From an uncultured Sphingorhabdus sp. (GTDB lineage: Bacteria; Pseudomonadota; Alphaproteobacteria; Sphingomonadales; Sphingomonadaceae), in NCBI GenBank assembly GCA_964606835.1, contig CAZSJE010000002.1, positions 1 through 38,530 of the forward strand: a DNA stretch of 38,530 nt, written 5' to 3'. The stretch's first letter is position 1, and every line of letters starts with the position of its first letter. Positions 1 to 9,646 of the stretch are shown here, piece after piece. The notes under the pieces were generated by a model. That model was given only the letters and a program-made list of their open reading frames with translations, was not told where the DNA came from and did no database searches. Both the position numbers and the translations under genes were made by a program.

Positions 1-816
1 GAAACCGCCGAAGAACTGGTCGGCGGGTTGAGTGCCGAGGTAGAAGATAGCAATGTGTCGGATCTGCAGCCTCACGCCAAGGCGGACGAGGGCGAAGAGC
101 CGGCAATACCGTCTGCAGAACGCGCTGCCTTACCGATTGCGCTGCCTGAACCGGTAATGCCGCCGATCGCTCCGGCGGTAATTGCAGTCCAGCCGAAATT
201 GGAGTTTGCAAAGACCGGAGCAGCCCCGGTTGCAGTTGCGGCGGAAATCAATACCGAGCCAAATGCTTCGGTTTCGCTTATCCCCGCCACCGCTGAGGCC
301 AAGGCGTTTGTCGTCGAAGCCGCAATGCCGCAGCCTGTGCAACAGAACGCTGCGCTGCCGACGATCCAGCCAACACCCGCCGACCCAACCATCGCCGTCG
401 CCGAACGCGCGCTCGATCTGGCACAAGGCGACCAGTGGATCGACCGCATGGCAAGCGAAATCGTCGCCGCATCGACTTCGGACAAGGAGCTGAATTTCCG
501 GCTGCTCCCCGCTCGGCTGGGCCAGCTTGACGTTCGGATCGAAACGCATGACGAGGGGATGCAGCTCCGCTTTACCGCGCAGAGCGAGGATACCGCGCAA
601 TCGGTCGCTGCCGCGCAGCCGCGGCTGGTCGAAGAACTGCGCAGCCAGGGTGTTCGGGTTGCCAGCACCGAAATTGCGGCGAATCCCAACCCGAATTTCA
701 CCCACGGCGATGGCAGCAACAGCGGTGCTTACCGGCCCTCCGCATTCACATTCACCGACCATCTCGAACCCGATGAAACCCCTGATACCCCCGTGCAAAG
801 CGGGCGGTTTGCCTGA
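1..816 (+). CDS. fliK: Flagellar hook-length control protein FliK (5'-truncated by window edge)
   Basis: Frame is open from base 1. Pro/Ala-rich region followed by the FliK C-terminal motif (FRLLPARLGQLDVRI...QPRLVEELRSQGVRV). Immediately upstream of fliL. Confidence 0.85.
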   Translation, partial: ETAEELVGGLSAEVEDSNVSDLQPHAKADEGEEPAIPSAERAALPIALPEPVMPPIAPAVIAVQPKLEFAKTGAAPVAVAAEINTEPNASVSLIPATAEAKAFVVEAAMPQPVQQNAALPTIQPTPADPTIAVAERALDLAQGDQWIDRMASEIVAASTSDKELNFRLLPARLGQLDVRIETHDEGMQLRFTAQSEDTAQSVAAAQPRLVEELRSQGVRVASTEIAANPNPNFTHGDGSNSGAYRPSAFTFTDHLEPDETPDTPVQSGRFA

Positions 817-834
817 CCATAGAAAGCGATTGAA

Positions 835-1443
835 ATGAGCAAGGAAAAGCCAAGCGAAGCACCGCCAGCCAAGGGCGGGATGAAGAAAAAGCTGCTGATC
901 GGCATTGCCGCCATCGTGCTGCTGGGCGGCGGCGCAGGTGCGGGTGCCTATCTGTCGGGGTCGATGACTGATGTCGACAAGAAAGAGGATGAGCATCGAC
1001 CAAAGCTGGTCAAGCGGTCCGACGAACCGGCCGAACCAGCCGAAGAGGGCGAAGGCAAGGAAGCTCCGCTGAAGGTCGGCACTGTGACCGTTCCCAACGA
1101 CCGGTTCAAGGTCGATCCGAAAAAATATGAGATCACCTACTATCCGCTCGAGCAGAATTTCACTGCGAACCTCGCCGACGGATCGGGCTTTGTGCAGATC
1201 GGCATCAGCCTTGCGACCTATTATGACGGCACGATCATCACCAACATAAAGCGGCAGACGGTGCCGATCCGCTCGGCGGTGCTGATGGTTCTGTCCGAAC
1301 AAGACCCAGCCGTCCTTTCAACCGCCGAGGGCAAAAAGGCGCTGCAGGTACAGCTAACCAAGGCGATCAATGGCGTGCTACGCGATAAAGAAGGCTTTGG
1401 CGGCATCGACAGCGTCTATTTCAGCAATCTGGTGATCCAGTGA
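835..1443 (+). CDS. fliL: Flagellar basal body-associated protein FliL
   Basis: Basic N-terminus, single TM helix, FTANLAD and C-terminal VYFSNLVIQ motifs. Confidence 0.92.
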   Translation: MSKEKPSEAPPAKGGMKKKLLIGIAAIVLLGGGAGAGAYLSGSMTDVDKKEDEHRPKLVKRSDEPAEPAEEGEGKEAPLKVGTVTVPNDRFKVDPKKYEITYYPLEQNFTANLADGSGFVQIGISLATYYDGTIITNIKRQTVPIRSAVLMVLSEQDPAVLSTAEGKKALQVQLTKAINGVLRDKEGFGGIDSVYFSNLVIQ

Positions 1444-2318
1444 TGGCGACCACCGAAGCAAAGACCGCATCGTTGCTTGCCCCCCGGCAGGACCGGGGGA
1501 GTTTGCCTGTAATGGAGCGGGTGGGCGAACGTTTTGCGCGCGGGCTGAAGGATTATCTGTCAGGTTTTGGCGGCGCGGAGCTTGCGGTCGAGCCGAAGGC
1601 GGGCGAGACGATGGCGTACCGCGATTGGCGCGCGGCGTCGGCGTCGGAACTGTTCTTCCAATATCGCGTGCCGCAGCGAAAGCTAGCCATCGACCTTACG
1701 GTGCCGCTCCCCATGCTGCTGTCGATGCTCGACATCTTCTACGGCGGCTCGGGTGCGCAGGTTGAATTGCGTGACGAGCTGACCTCAGCCGAACGTCGCT
1801 TTGCCGAGCGGGTGGGAGAACGGCTGGCGGCAGTGCTTTCCGGGGCCTGGTCGACCGTACTGCCGATGCAACCGAGCCTTTCGGCGGTTGCGCTGGCGGA
1901 GGGGGCCGCGAACCTTTGCCCGGGGGCGGAGCCGGTGCTGGTGCAAAGTTTCGCGCTTTCGGGCGCACCCTTTGCCGGGGCAAAGCTGCGCGTGGCCTAT
2001 CCACTGGGCGCGCTGCGTTCGCTCCTCGGTCAATGTGTCGAGGGCGGCAAGGCCGATAGCGAAGATGCCGCATGGAGCGCCGCGATCAACGCCGCCGCGC
2101 TCAATGTGCGCCTGCCCGTCCGGACGATCTTTGCCCGCCCCGAAATTAGCTTTTCGCGGCTTTTGTCGCTGCAACCCGGCGACATCATCCCGCTGCTGCT
2201 GCCGCAGCATGTGCCGATCACCGTCGCCGGACGGCATTTCGCGCATGGCAGCATCGGTGAAGCCAATGGCCGCGCCGCAATCAGGATCGAGAAAATGAAG
2301 GAAGGATTTGCGCCATGA
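1443..2318 (+). CDS. fliM: Flagellar motor switch protein FliM (divergent)
   Basis: ATG overlaps the fliL stop (TGATG). DIFYGGSG...RDELTSAERR and a C-terminal SpoA domain (LQPGDIIPL). Lies between fliL and fliN. Confidence 0.82.
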   Translation: MATTEAKTASLLAPRQDRGSLPVMERVGERFARGLKDYLSGFGGAELAVEPKAGETMAYRDWRAASASELFFQYRVPQRKLAIDLTVPLPMLLSMLDIFYGGSGAQVELRDELTSAERRFAERVGERLAAVLSGAWSTVLPMQPSLSAVALAEGAANLCPGAEPVLVQSFALSGAPFAGAKLRVAYPLGALRSLLGQCVEGGKADSEDAAWSAAINAAALNVRLPVRTIFARPEISFSRLLSLQPGDIIPLLLPQHVPITVAGRHFAHGSIGEANGRAAIRIEKMKEGFAP

Positions 2319-2638
2319 GCGACATGACTGAGGCCCCGAACAGCACCGCGAGAGCAGGCGCAAGGGCCGAGCAGAATTTCGACATGCTGGCGGGCGTTTC
2401 GCTGCGCGTGTCGGTGGAGGTCGGCTCGGCCTCGCTGACCCTGGCGGAATTGCTCAGCCTTAATGAAGGCAGCGTGATCGAGCTCGACCGGCAGGCGAAC
2501 GACCTGCTCGACATCTTCGCCAACGGCACGCTGGTGGCCAAGGGCGAAGTGGTCGCGGTCGAGGGCCGCTATGGCATTCGCGTCCTTGAAATCGTCGCGC
2601 CCGAACGCGGGCTGTCGGGGATGGAGCGGCGGTCATGA
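2315..2638 (+). CDS. fliN: Flagellar motor switch protein FliN
   Basis: SpoA motifs VSVEVGS...GSVIELDR...AKGEVVAVEGRYGIRV. Confidence 0.93.
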   Translation: MSDMTEAPNSTARAGARAEQNFDMLAGVSLRVSVEVGSASLTLAELLSLNEGSVIELDRQANDLLDIFANGTLVAKGEVVAVEGRYGIRVLEIVAPERGLSGMERRS

Positions 2639-2910
2639 TGTTCGAATATCTGCTCCGGCTGCTGCTGCTTGTGCCGCTCGTCGGTGGACTTGCCTGGGGT
2701 TCATTGTGGCTGTGGCGGCGGGTGCAGCTGGGCTTGCCGATGGCCCCGCAGGCGCAGCGCGCAGCGCGTATGGTCGATGTGCTGCCCATGGGAACCGGCG
2801 GCAAGCTGGCCGTCGTTGAATTTGGCGGGCGGCAATTGCTGATCGCCGTCTCGCGCAATTCCATCAGCCTGATTGCCGATGATACGCAGGGGGATTTCGA
2901 TGCGGGTTAA
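2635..2910 (+). CDS. fliO: Flagellar biosynthesis protein FliO
   Basis: N-terminal TM helix plus a short beta-rich tail ([16 protein letters not shown]). Lies between fliN and fliP. Confidence 0.8.
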   Translation: MMFEYLLRLLLLVPLVGGLAWGSLWLWRRVQLGLPMAPQAQRAARMVDVLPMGTGGKLAVVEFGGRQLLIAVSRNSISLIADDTQGDFDAG

Positions 2911-3658
2911 GGTTTTGATTGTCGCCGCGATGTTGCTCGCGTTTTTCGCAGGCGATGCGGCCATGGCGCAGACCGCACCGGGCGGCCTCGACCGGGCAGT
3001 GGCCGAAATTGCAGGCGACGGCAGGCCGCTCTCGCTGTCGCTGCAGATACTGCTCCTTATGGGGCTGTTGACGATCCTGCCTTCGCTGGTCCTGATGATG
3101 ACCAGCTTCACGCGGATCATCATCGTCCTGTCGATCCTGCGCCATGCGCTGGGCTTGCAACAGACGCCGCCAAACCAGGTGCTGGTGGGGCTCAGCCTGT
3201 TCCTTTCATTGTTCGTGATGCAGCCGGTATTCAGCGAGATCAACCGCGCTGCGATTGAGCCCTATGGGCAGGAGCAGATCAGCCTAGAGGATGCGGTCAA
3301 GGTGTCTGGCACCGCGTTGCATGGCTTCATGATCAAGCAGACGCGTGAGTCCGATATTGCCCTCTTCGCGAAGATCGCCAAGGCACCAGCAATCGAAAAA
3401 CCCGCCGATGTGCCGTTCTCAATCCTGCTCCCCGCCTTTGTCACCAGCGAACTGAAAACGGCATTCCAGATCGGCTTTCTTATCTTCCTGCCATTCCTGA
3501 TTGTCGACCTCATCGTCGCCTCGTCGCTAATGGCGCTCGGCATGATGATGCTGTCGCCGACCATCGTGTCGATGCCGTTCAAGCTGCTGCTGTTCGTGCT
3601 GGTCGACGGCTGGGCGCTGACCATGGGCTCGCTCGCCGCGTCCTTTGCAGGGGGCTAG
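2900..3658 (+). CDS. fliP: Flagellar export gate protein FliP
   Basis: [35 protein letters not shown] and [13 protein letters not shown] motifs. Start set at ATG 2900 behind an AGGGGG RBS, followed by a signal peptide. Confidence 0.96.
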   Translation: MRVKVLIVAAMLLAFFAGDAAMAQTAPGGLDRAVAEIAGDGRPLSLSLQILLLMGLLTILPSLVLMMTSFTRIIIVLSILRHALGLQQTPPNQVLVGLSLFLSLFVMQPVFSEINRAAIEPYGQEQISLEDAVKVSGTALHGFMIKQTRESDIALFAKIAKAPAIEKPADVPFSILLPAFVTSELKTAFQIGFLIFLPFLIVDLIVASSLMALGMMMLSPTIVSMPFKLLLFVLVDGWALTMGSLAASFAGG

Positions 3659-3661
3659 ATC

Positions 3662-3931
3662 ATGGAATCGGGCTATTTTATTGGCATCGCGCAGCAGGCC
3701 TTGTGGGTCATGGCACTCGGCGCCGCGCCGATCCTCGTCCCGGCTCTGGTCGCAGGCGTGCTGCTTGGCATGGTGCAGGCGGCAACCTCGATCAACGAGG
3801 CAACGCTCAGCTTCGTGCCAAAGCTGATACTGGTCGGGGTCTGCCTTGCGCTGTTCGGCAGCAGCATCATGATGCTGTTGACCGATTTTACGCAGGAGAT
3901 TTTCACGCAAATCCCGACATTGGTGCGATAA
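3662..3931 (+). CDS. fliQ: Flagellar export gate protein FliQ
   Basis: QAATSINEATLSFVPK signature. Confidence 0.95.
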   Translation: MESGYFIGIAQQALWVMALGAAPILVPALVAGVLLGMVQAATSINEATLSFVPKLILVGVCLALFGSSIMMLLTDFTQEIFTQIPTLVR

Positions 3932-3938
3932 GCCCGCG

Positions 3939-4718
3939 ATGGAGGGGTTTGCGCTCGTAAACGTCGAAGCGACGTTGCAGCTATGGATGCTGGCAATGAT
4001 TCGCCCCGGCGCAGCGTTTCTTGCCGCGCCCTTGTTCGGCGGCGGCAATGTGCCGGTACAGTTGCGGCTGGTGCTTGCGCTCGCAATCGGCATTCCGGCG
4101 GCGCAGGCATCGGGGATGGCGGTCCCGGCGGAGGGGATCGTCTCGTTTGCCGGCTTCCTGCTGATCATTGCCGAGGTCGTGGTCGGGCTCGCCATCGGCT
4201 TTGCCCTGCAGATCGGCTTTGCCGCGGCCCTGCTCGCAGGCGAGGCAATCAGCAACGCCATGGGTATTGCCTTCGCAGCGATCGCAGACCCGGCCAATGG
4301 TCAGATGAGTCCTGCCATCGGCCAATATCTGTCGATGCTTGCAACATTCCTGCTGCTCGCGACCGATGGCCATCTGGCGCTGATCGAGATTGTCGTGGAG
4401 AGTTACCGCACGCTGCCGCCGGGGCAGGCCTGGTTGTCGTTCGAGGTGATCGGCCGGATCGCCGGGTTCGGTTCACTGCTGTTTGCGGCGGGACTGTCAA
4501 TTGCGCTTCCGGTCGGCTGCGCGCTGGTGATGGTGCAGATGATGATGGGGATGATTGCCCGCTCGGCGCCAACGCTGAACCTGTTTGCGGTGGGCCTGCC
4601 CGCTACCTTGCTTGCCGGGGTCGTGCTGCTCGCAATGGCGACGCCGATCATGGCGGACACGATCACCGCGACGATGCGGCACACGCTCGACAATGCCGAT
4701 GCGATCATAAGGCGCTGA
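3939..4718 (+). CDS. fliR: Flagellar export gate protein FliR
   Basis: Multi-TM protein with APLFG, DGHLALI and RSAPTLNLFAVGLP motifs. Follows fliQ. Confidence 0.93.
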   Translation: MEGFALVNVEATLQLWMLAMIRPGAAFLAAPLFGGGNVPVQLRLVLALAIGIPAAQASGMAVPAEGIVSFAGFLLIIAEVVVGLAIGFALQIGFAAALLAGEAISNAMGIAFAAIADPANGQMSPAIGQYLSMLATFLLLATDGHLALIEIVVESYRTLPPGQAWLSFEVIGRIAGFGSLLFAAGLSIALPVGCALVMVQMMMGMIARSAPTLNLFAVGLPATLLAGVVLLAMATPIMADTITATMRHTLDNADAIIRR

Positions 4719-4721
4719 GCG

Positions 4722-5861
4722 ATGGCTGAGGCGAGCGACCGTGACCAAAAAAAGCATCTGCCAACTGCAAAGCGCAAGGAGGATGCTGCCCGCAATGGCG
4801 ATGTGCTGGTGTCGAAGGAGCTGGCAACGGCCACAATGCTGACTGCCGCGTCAGGCGCTTTTTATCTGGGCGGCGGCTGGTTTTTCGGTGCGCAGCTTGA
4901 TCTGGTGCGCGCAGGCCTCACGCTGTCGGCGCACGACTTTCGCGGCTTCGATCCTTTGCGCAATGCGGGGCGGATCGCGCTGGAAATCGGCCTGCCGGTT
5001 GCTGCGCTTCTCCTCCTCACCTTGATCGTCGCCATTGGCTCTCCGGCGTTGATCGGCGCGCTTGGTTGGCGGTCGAAGGCGATGGGGTTCAAGGGCAGCC
5101 GCCTCAATCCGCTCGCCGGCCTCAAACGCATGTTCGGGCTGCAAGGCGGTATCGAGCTGATCAAGGCCATCGCCAAGGTGCTCGTTCTCGGTGGCATTGG
5201 TCTTTGGGTGATGCAAAGCGAGCTTCCGGCGCTGATCGGGCTTGCCGCAGTTGATCCTAAGGAAGCAGCGGCGCGCGCAGGGCAGGCTTTTGCCACCGGT
5301 TTCTTTGCGCTTTCGCTTGGGCTGCTGCTGATCGCTGCGGTCGATGTACCGGCACAGATTTTCCAGCGGCGGCAAAGGCTGATGATGACTGATCAGGAAT
5401 TGAAGGACGAGCTCAAACAAAGCGAAGGCTCGCCCGAACTGAAAGCCGCGCGCCGTGCCCGTGCGCAGGAACTGTTGAGCAATTCGGCGCGCAAGGCGGT
5501 AAGCGAGGCCACGGTGATCCTGACCAACCCGACCCACTTTGCGGTCGCGCTTCGCTATCGCCCGGGTATCGATTTCGCGCCCATTGTCGCCGCGCGCGGC
5601 CGGGATGCCGTGGCGCTCGCAATCAAGGCCATGGCGAAAGAGGGCAATGTCCCGACCCTTGAATATCCGCAGCTGACGCGCGCAATCTATTTCTCGTCGC
5701 GCGCTGGGCGAGCGGTGAGCGAGGACCTTTACATTGCCGTCGCTGCGATCCTCGCCTTCGTCTTCCAGCTCGAACGCGCGCTGGCAGAAGGGCGTTCGCA
5801 GCCAATGGTCGAGGTGCCGCCCGCCAAGCGTTTCGACGAGAAGGGTCGCAGGGCGCGCTAA
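4722..5861 (+). CDS. flhB: Flagellar export switch protein FlhB
   Basis: NPTH autocleavage motif (LTNPTHFAVAL), SEGSPELK, and N-terminal PTAKR...G.V..SKEL. Confidence 0.96.
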   Translation: MAEASDRDQKKHLPTAKRKEDAARNGDVLVSKELATATMLTAASGAFYLGGGWFFGAQLDLVRAGLTLSAHDFRGFDPLRNAGRIALEIGLPVAALLLLTLIVAIGSPALIGALGWRSKAMGFKGSRLNPLAGLKRMFGLQGGIELIKAIAKVLVLGGIGLWVMQSELPALIGLAAVDPKEAAARAGQAFATGFFALSLGLLLIAAVDVPAQIFQRRQRLMMTDQELKDELKQSEGSPELKAARRARAQELLSNSARKAVSEATVILTNPTHFAVALRYRPGIDFAPIVAARGRDAVALAIKAMAKEGNVPTLEYPQLTRAIYFSSRAGRAVSEDLYIAVAAILAFVFQLERALAEGRSQPMVEVPPAKRFDEKGRRAR

Positions 5862-5885
5862 ACCCGGTCGGTGCCGCGCCGTAAA
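5859..5885 (+). promoter_or_regulatory. Putative sigma28 (FliA) promoter for fliD-fliS
   Basis: TAAA (5859-5862) - N15 - GCCGTAAA (5878-5885), compared with the FliA consensus TAAA-N15-GCCGATAA. Ends 21 bp upstream of the fliD ATG. Confidence 0.7.
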
Positions 5886-5906
5886 AGCGGGAAAGGACAT
5901 CTTTCC

Positions 5907-7277
5907 ATGCTCGGTTCAATCGCCAACAGCCTCGGCTTCGGTTCGGGATTAAACGTCAGCCAGCTGGTCGCCGATCTCGCCGCCGCGTCGCGCGGGCCGA
6001 AGATTCAGCGGATCGAGGCGCGCGCGCAATCGGCGCAGGCGAAAATCAGCGCAGTGGCGCAGGCACGCGCCGATCTCGACAGTTTCGCAACCGCGCTCGC
6101 CGATCTCGTCGCGCAGGGTACGCTGAGTAGCCAACCCACGGTTTCGGATGACAAGCTACTATCCGCGACTGCGCTTCCCGGAACGCCGCTCGGCAGCTTT
6201 GCGGGGACAATCGAGATCGAACAGCTTGCCTCATCGCAGACAGTCTATTCGGCGCTGGTTGCCTCTGCCGCTGACCCGGTAGGCATGGGCAATATGACGT
6301 TGACCGTCGGCACCGCCAACTACGCCATTACCATCGATGGCAGCAACAACAGCCTCACCGGTCTCGCCGACGCGATCAACGCGAGCGGCAGCGGCGTTCG
6401 TGCCAGCATCGGGACCGACAATGGTCAGGTCCGCCTGGTGCTGAAGGGCGGGACCGGGGCCGCCCAGGCTTTCACGCTTACCGCCGATGCCGGTGCGGAG
6501 CCAAGCCTGGCGCAATTTGCCTACGGCACAGGCGGGGCAATGCAGCAGGCGCAGGCCGCCGCCGACGCGCGGATCAAGGTCGATGGCATCGCCTATACGC
6601 GGACGAGCAACAGTTTTTCCGACGTGGTTCCAGGGATGCAGTTGACGCTGAAAAAGGCCGCACCGGGCGAAGCTGTGTCAATTGGCGCGACCCGGCCGAC
6701 CGCTGCGCTTCGGCAGGCAGTGAGTGATTTCGTCAGCGTCTTCAACGATGTCAAAAACAGCCTGAAAGAGGCGCAAAAGGTCGCTGGCGGGACGCAGGCG
6801 CTGCGCGTACTCGACCGGCAACTGACCGGTTTTATCAGCCAAGCGCTTACTAGCGATCCGGCGGTCGATAGCCTTAGCGACATTGGCATCACAACGAACC
6901 GCGACGGCACGCTCAGCGTCAATGCGGCGCGCCTCGATACCGCGCTTGCCGCAAATCCCGACGCGGTAGAGGCGCTCTTCAACCCGCGCCGCGATGGTGC
7001 GCACAGCTTGGCAACCGATCCCGGAATTGCAGGCGCACTCGATACCATTCGTGACGAGGTTATGGCGAGCGAAGGCGCCTTTGGCAGCCTGACCAAAGCA
7101 TTGCAGGCCGAATCGGCAGACATCGCCAAAACCCGCGAACGGATCGAAGCGCGCGAGGATGCGTACCGGGCGCGACTCGAGAAACAATATGGCAGCCTTG
7201 ACGCCCGCATCGGCGCGTTCAAGGCGACGCAAAGCTATCTGGAACAGCAAATCAAGCTCTGGTCGAACGAGCAATAG
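5907..7277 (+). CDS. fliD: Flagellar filament cap protein FliD
   Basis: SLGFGSGLNVSQLV N-terminus, LSDIGITTNRDGTL, and C-terminal RLEKQYGSLD...QSYLEQQI. Start set at ATG 5907 (AAGGA RBS). Confidence 0.92.
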   Translation: MLGSIANSLGFGSGLNVSQLVADLAAASRGPKIQRIEARAQSAQAKISAVAQARADLDSFATALADLVAQGTLSSQPTVSDDKLLSATALPGTPLGSFAGTIEIEQLASSQTVYSALVASAADPVGMGNMTLTVGTANYAITIDGSNNSLTGLADAINASGSGVRASIGTDNGQVRLVLKGGTGAAQAFTLTADAGAEPSLAQFAYGTGGAMQQAQAAADARIKVDGIAYTRTSNSFSDVVPGMQLTLKKAAPGEAVSIGATRPTAALRQAVSDFVSVFNDVKNSLKEAQKVAGGTQALRVLDRQLTGFISQALTSDPAVDSLSDIGITTNRDGTLSVNAARLDTALAANPDAVEALFNPRRDGAHSLATDPGIAGALDTIRDEVMASEGAFGSLTKALQAESADIAKTRERIEAREDAYRARLEKQYGSLDARIGAFKATQSYLEQQIKLWSNEQ

Positions 7278-7286
7278 GAAAGCGCG

Positions 7287-7679
7287 ATGTACGGACCGGC
7301 AAGCTATGGGCGGGCGAGCGAACATTATCGATCCATGGAGGTGTCGAGCCGCGTCGCCAGCGCTGATCCGCATACTTTGGTCGCGATCCTGTACGAGGAA
7401 CTGCTGACCTGCGTCGACGTGCTCGGCGCAGCAGCAGGGCGCGGACAGGCGCTGGCGACCCATCCGCATGCGCATCGGGCGCGGGCGATCCTGCTGTCGC
7501 TGCAAGCAGGGCTCGATTTCGACCAGGGTGGGGAGCTGGCCACGATGCTGGCCGGGCTCTATGCAGCGATCAGCGAAGAGCTGAACGAGCGCATATCCGA
7601 TGGCAATGTCGACCGGATCGGCGAGCTGCGTTGCGCGGTCGAATCGGTAGCGCACGCCTGGGGCGATATTGCGCGTTAG
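7287..7679 (+). CDS. fliS: Flagellin export chaperone FliS
   Basis: ASADPHTLVAILY and LQAGLDFDQGGELATMLAGLY motifs. Follows fliD. Confidence 0.9.
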   Translation: MYGPASYGRASEHYRSMEVSSRVASADPHTLVAILYEELLTCVDVLGAAAGRGQALATHPHAHRARAILLSLQAGLDFDQGGELATMLAGLYAAISEELNERISDGNVDRIGELRCAVESVAHAWGDIAR

Positions 7680-7688
7680 CGGGCTGTT

Positions 7689-9494
7689 TCAGGCGTCGAA
7701 CTGCAAACTGGCCAGCCGCGCGTAAAGCCCGCCTGCCTTTGACAGTCCGGCATGCTTGCCTTCCTCGACGATCCGGCCCTGGTCCATCACGATTATCCGG
7801 TCGGCCGAGCGGACAGTCGCCAGCCGGTGTGCAATCACCATTGTGGTGCGCCCCTGCATGAGCCGTTCGAGCGCATCCTGCACCAGTCGCTCGCTTTCGG
7901 CATCGAGCGCACTGGTCGCCTCGTCGAGCAGCAGGATCGGCGCATCGCGCAGCAGCGCGCGGGCAATCGCGATCCGCTGCCGCTGTCCACCCGATAGCCG
8001 CGCGCCGCCTTCGCCCAGATAGGTGTCGAGCCCCTGTGGCAGCTCGCGCAGGAATTCGGCGGCATTGGCCTGTTCGGCGGCGGCCCAGATCGCCGCATCG
8101 TCGGCCTGCCAATGGCCGTAGCGCAAATTGTCGCGCGCCGAGGATGCAAACAGCACCGTATCCTGCGGCACCAGTGCCATGCGGGTGCGAAACTCTGCCG
8201 GGTCGGCGCTGGTTAGTGCGACGCCATCAATCCGCACTGTCCCGCCTTGCGGATCGTAAAAACGCTGCGCCATCTGGAAAAGGGTCGATTTGCCAGCGCC
8301 TGAAGGCCCGACAATGGCGACGGTTTCACCCGGTGATACTTTCAGGCTGAAATCGTCGAGCGCGGCGATTTCGGGGCGTGTGGGATAGCGGAAACGGACA
8401 TTCTGGAATTCCAGGCTTCCGCGCGGCGGTGGCATTTTGACAGGATTGGCAGGCGGTGCGATCTCGGGCTTTTCGTTCAATAGCTCGGCAAGCCGCGCCG
8501 AAGCGCCGGAGGCACGCACCAGATCGCCATAGACTTCGGTCAATGCGCCGAACGAGCCTGCAACCAGCACCCCGTACAGAACCACCGAAAACAGCGTGCC
8601 GGGCGACAACGTTTCTTCGCGGACCTGATCGGTGCCTTCCCATACCAGCATGGTGATGCCGCCGAAAATCAGCGCCATGACCAGCGCGGTCAGCACCGCG
8701 CGGATGCGGATACGGCGTTTGGCAGCGGCAAAGGTGTTTTCCACAGCATCGACAAAACGCAGCCGCTCGCGCTCTTCCTGGCCAAAAGCCTGGACGATCT
8801 TGATTGCGCCAAGCGCCTCAGACGTCATTGTGCCAACGCCAGCGACCTTGTCCTGGCTGTTGCGCGATGCCTTTTCCAGGCGCCGTCCCAGATAGACGAT
8901 TGGCAGGACAACGACGGGAATCCCCACGAGCAGCCAAACCATGAGCGTCGGCGCAAGACCGGTCAGAAAAATGACGCCGCCAACCCCGATCAAAACATTG
9001 CGCAGAGCCACCGACACGGTGGTGCCGACGATCTGCTCGATGATCGCGGTATCGGCAGTCATCCGGCTGGCGATTTCTGCGGGCCGATTCTCTTCGAAAA
9101 AGCGCGGAGCCAGCCGCAGGAGGTTGCTCTGCACGGCAATACGGACATCCCCCACGACCCGTTCGCCAAGCCAGCTCACAAAGTAAAAGCGGAAGGCGGT
9201 CGAAATTCCAATGATGACCACAATCCCCAGCAGCAAGTAGAAATAGGGAGCGGGATCGCCACCATTTTTGACGAAGCCCTCATCGATTATCAGCTTCAGG
9301 CCATAGGGAATGGCCAGCGTCGATGATGCGGCAGCAAGTAACGCTGTTAGAGCAAAAAATATCTGCTTTGGATAGCGCGCGGTAAAGCTCGCAATCATCC
9401 GCAAGCTACCAAAATTCGCCTTTTCCTTCAGTTTTCCGGATTTCACTTCCTCGATGGAAGTCGGGGCGGATTGGTCGGCTACGCTGTCGCTCAT
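7689..9494 (-). CDS. ABC exporter, fused permease/ATP-binding protein (MsbA-related)
   Basis: N-terminal multi-TM domain, Walker A GPSGAGKS, signature LSGGQRQR, Walker B LLLDEATSALD, IAHRL switch. Confidence 0.92.
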   Translation of the reverse strand: MSDSVADQSAPTSIEEVKSGKLKEKANFGSLRMIASFTARYPKQIFFALTALLAAASSTLAIPYGLKLIIDEGFVKNGGDPAPYFYLLLGIVVIIGISTAFRFYFVSWLGERVVGDVRIAVQSNLLRLAPRFFEENRPAEIASRMTADTAIIEQIVGTTVSVALRNVLIGVGGVIFLTGLAPTLMVWLLVGIPVVVLPIVYLGRRLEKASRNSQDKVAGVGTMTSEALGAIKIVQAFGQEERERLRFVDAVENTFAAAKRRIRIRAVLTALVMALIFGGITMLVWEGTDQVREETLSPGTLFSVVLYGVLVAGSFGALTEVYGDLVRASGASARLAELLNEKPEIAPPANPVKMPPPRGSLEFQNVRFRYPTRPEIAALDDFSLKVSPGETVAIVGPSGAGKSTLFQMAQRFYDPQGGTVRIDGVALTSADPAEFRTRMALVPQDTVLFASSARDNLRYGHWQADDAAIWAAAEQANAAEFLRELPQGLDTYLGEGGARLSGGQRQRIAIARALLRDAPILLLDEATSALDAESERLVQDALERLMQGRTTMVIAHRLATVRSADRIIVMDQGRIVEEGKHAGLSKAGGLYARLASLQFDA

Positions 9495-9563
9495 CGACTT
9501 GGCCTAGCAGTGGCGGATGGTGCAAACAACGTTTCAAAACAGGACCGAGTGCTTTTTCTATGG

Positions 9564-9575
9564 TGCAATGCACAA
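9564..9575 (+). promoter_or_regulatory. Putative PhaR binding site upstream of phaZ
   Basis: TGCAATGCACAA fits the rhizobial PhaR-type consensus TGCRNYGCASMA (recalled). A weaker copy, CGCGATGCAACG, lies at 9608-9619. Confidence 0.55.
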
Positions 9576-9646
9576 TGAACGCCTATGTTCATGTGTGGAT
9601 AATAAGTCGCGATGCAACGTGGCTACCAGCATGCAGGGGAACGCAG

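Noticed and set aside
9560..9646. Long N-terminal extensions in the ORF track (phaZ 9560, fliP 2873, fliD 5871, ligase 16369, corA 35040, rhodanese 37954)
   Set aside because: Downstream starts have better RBS or coupling and family-typical N-termini. The extensions overlap other genes or regulatory sites.
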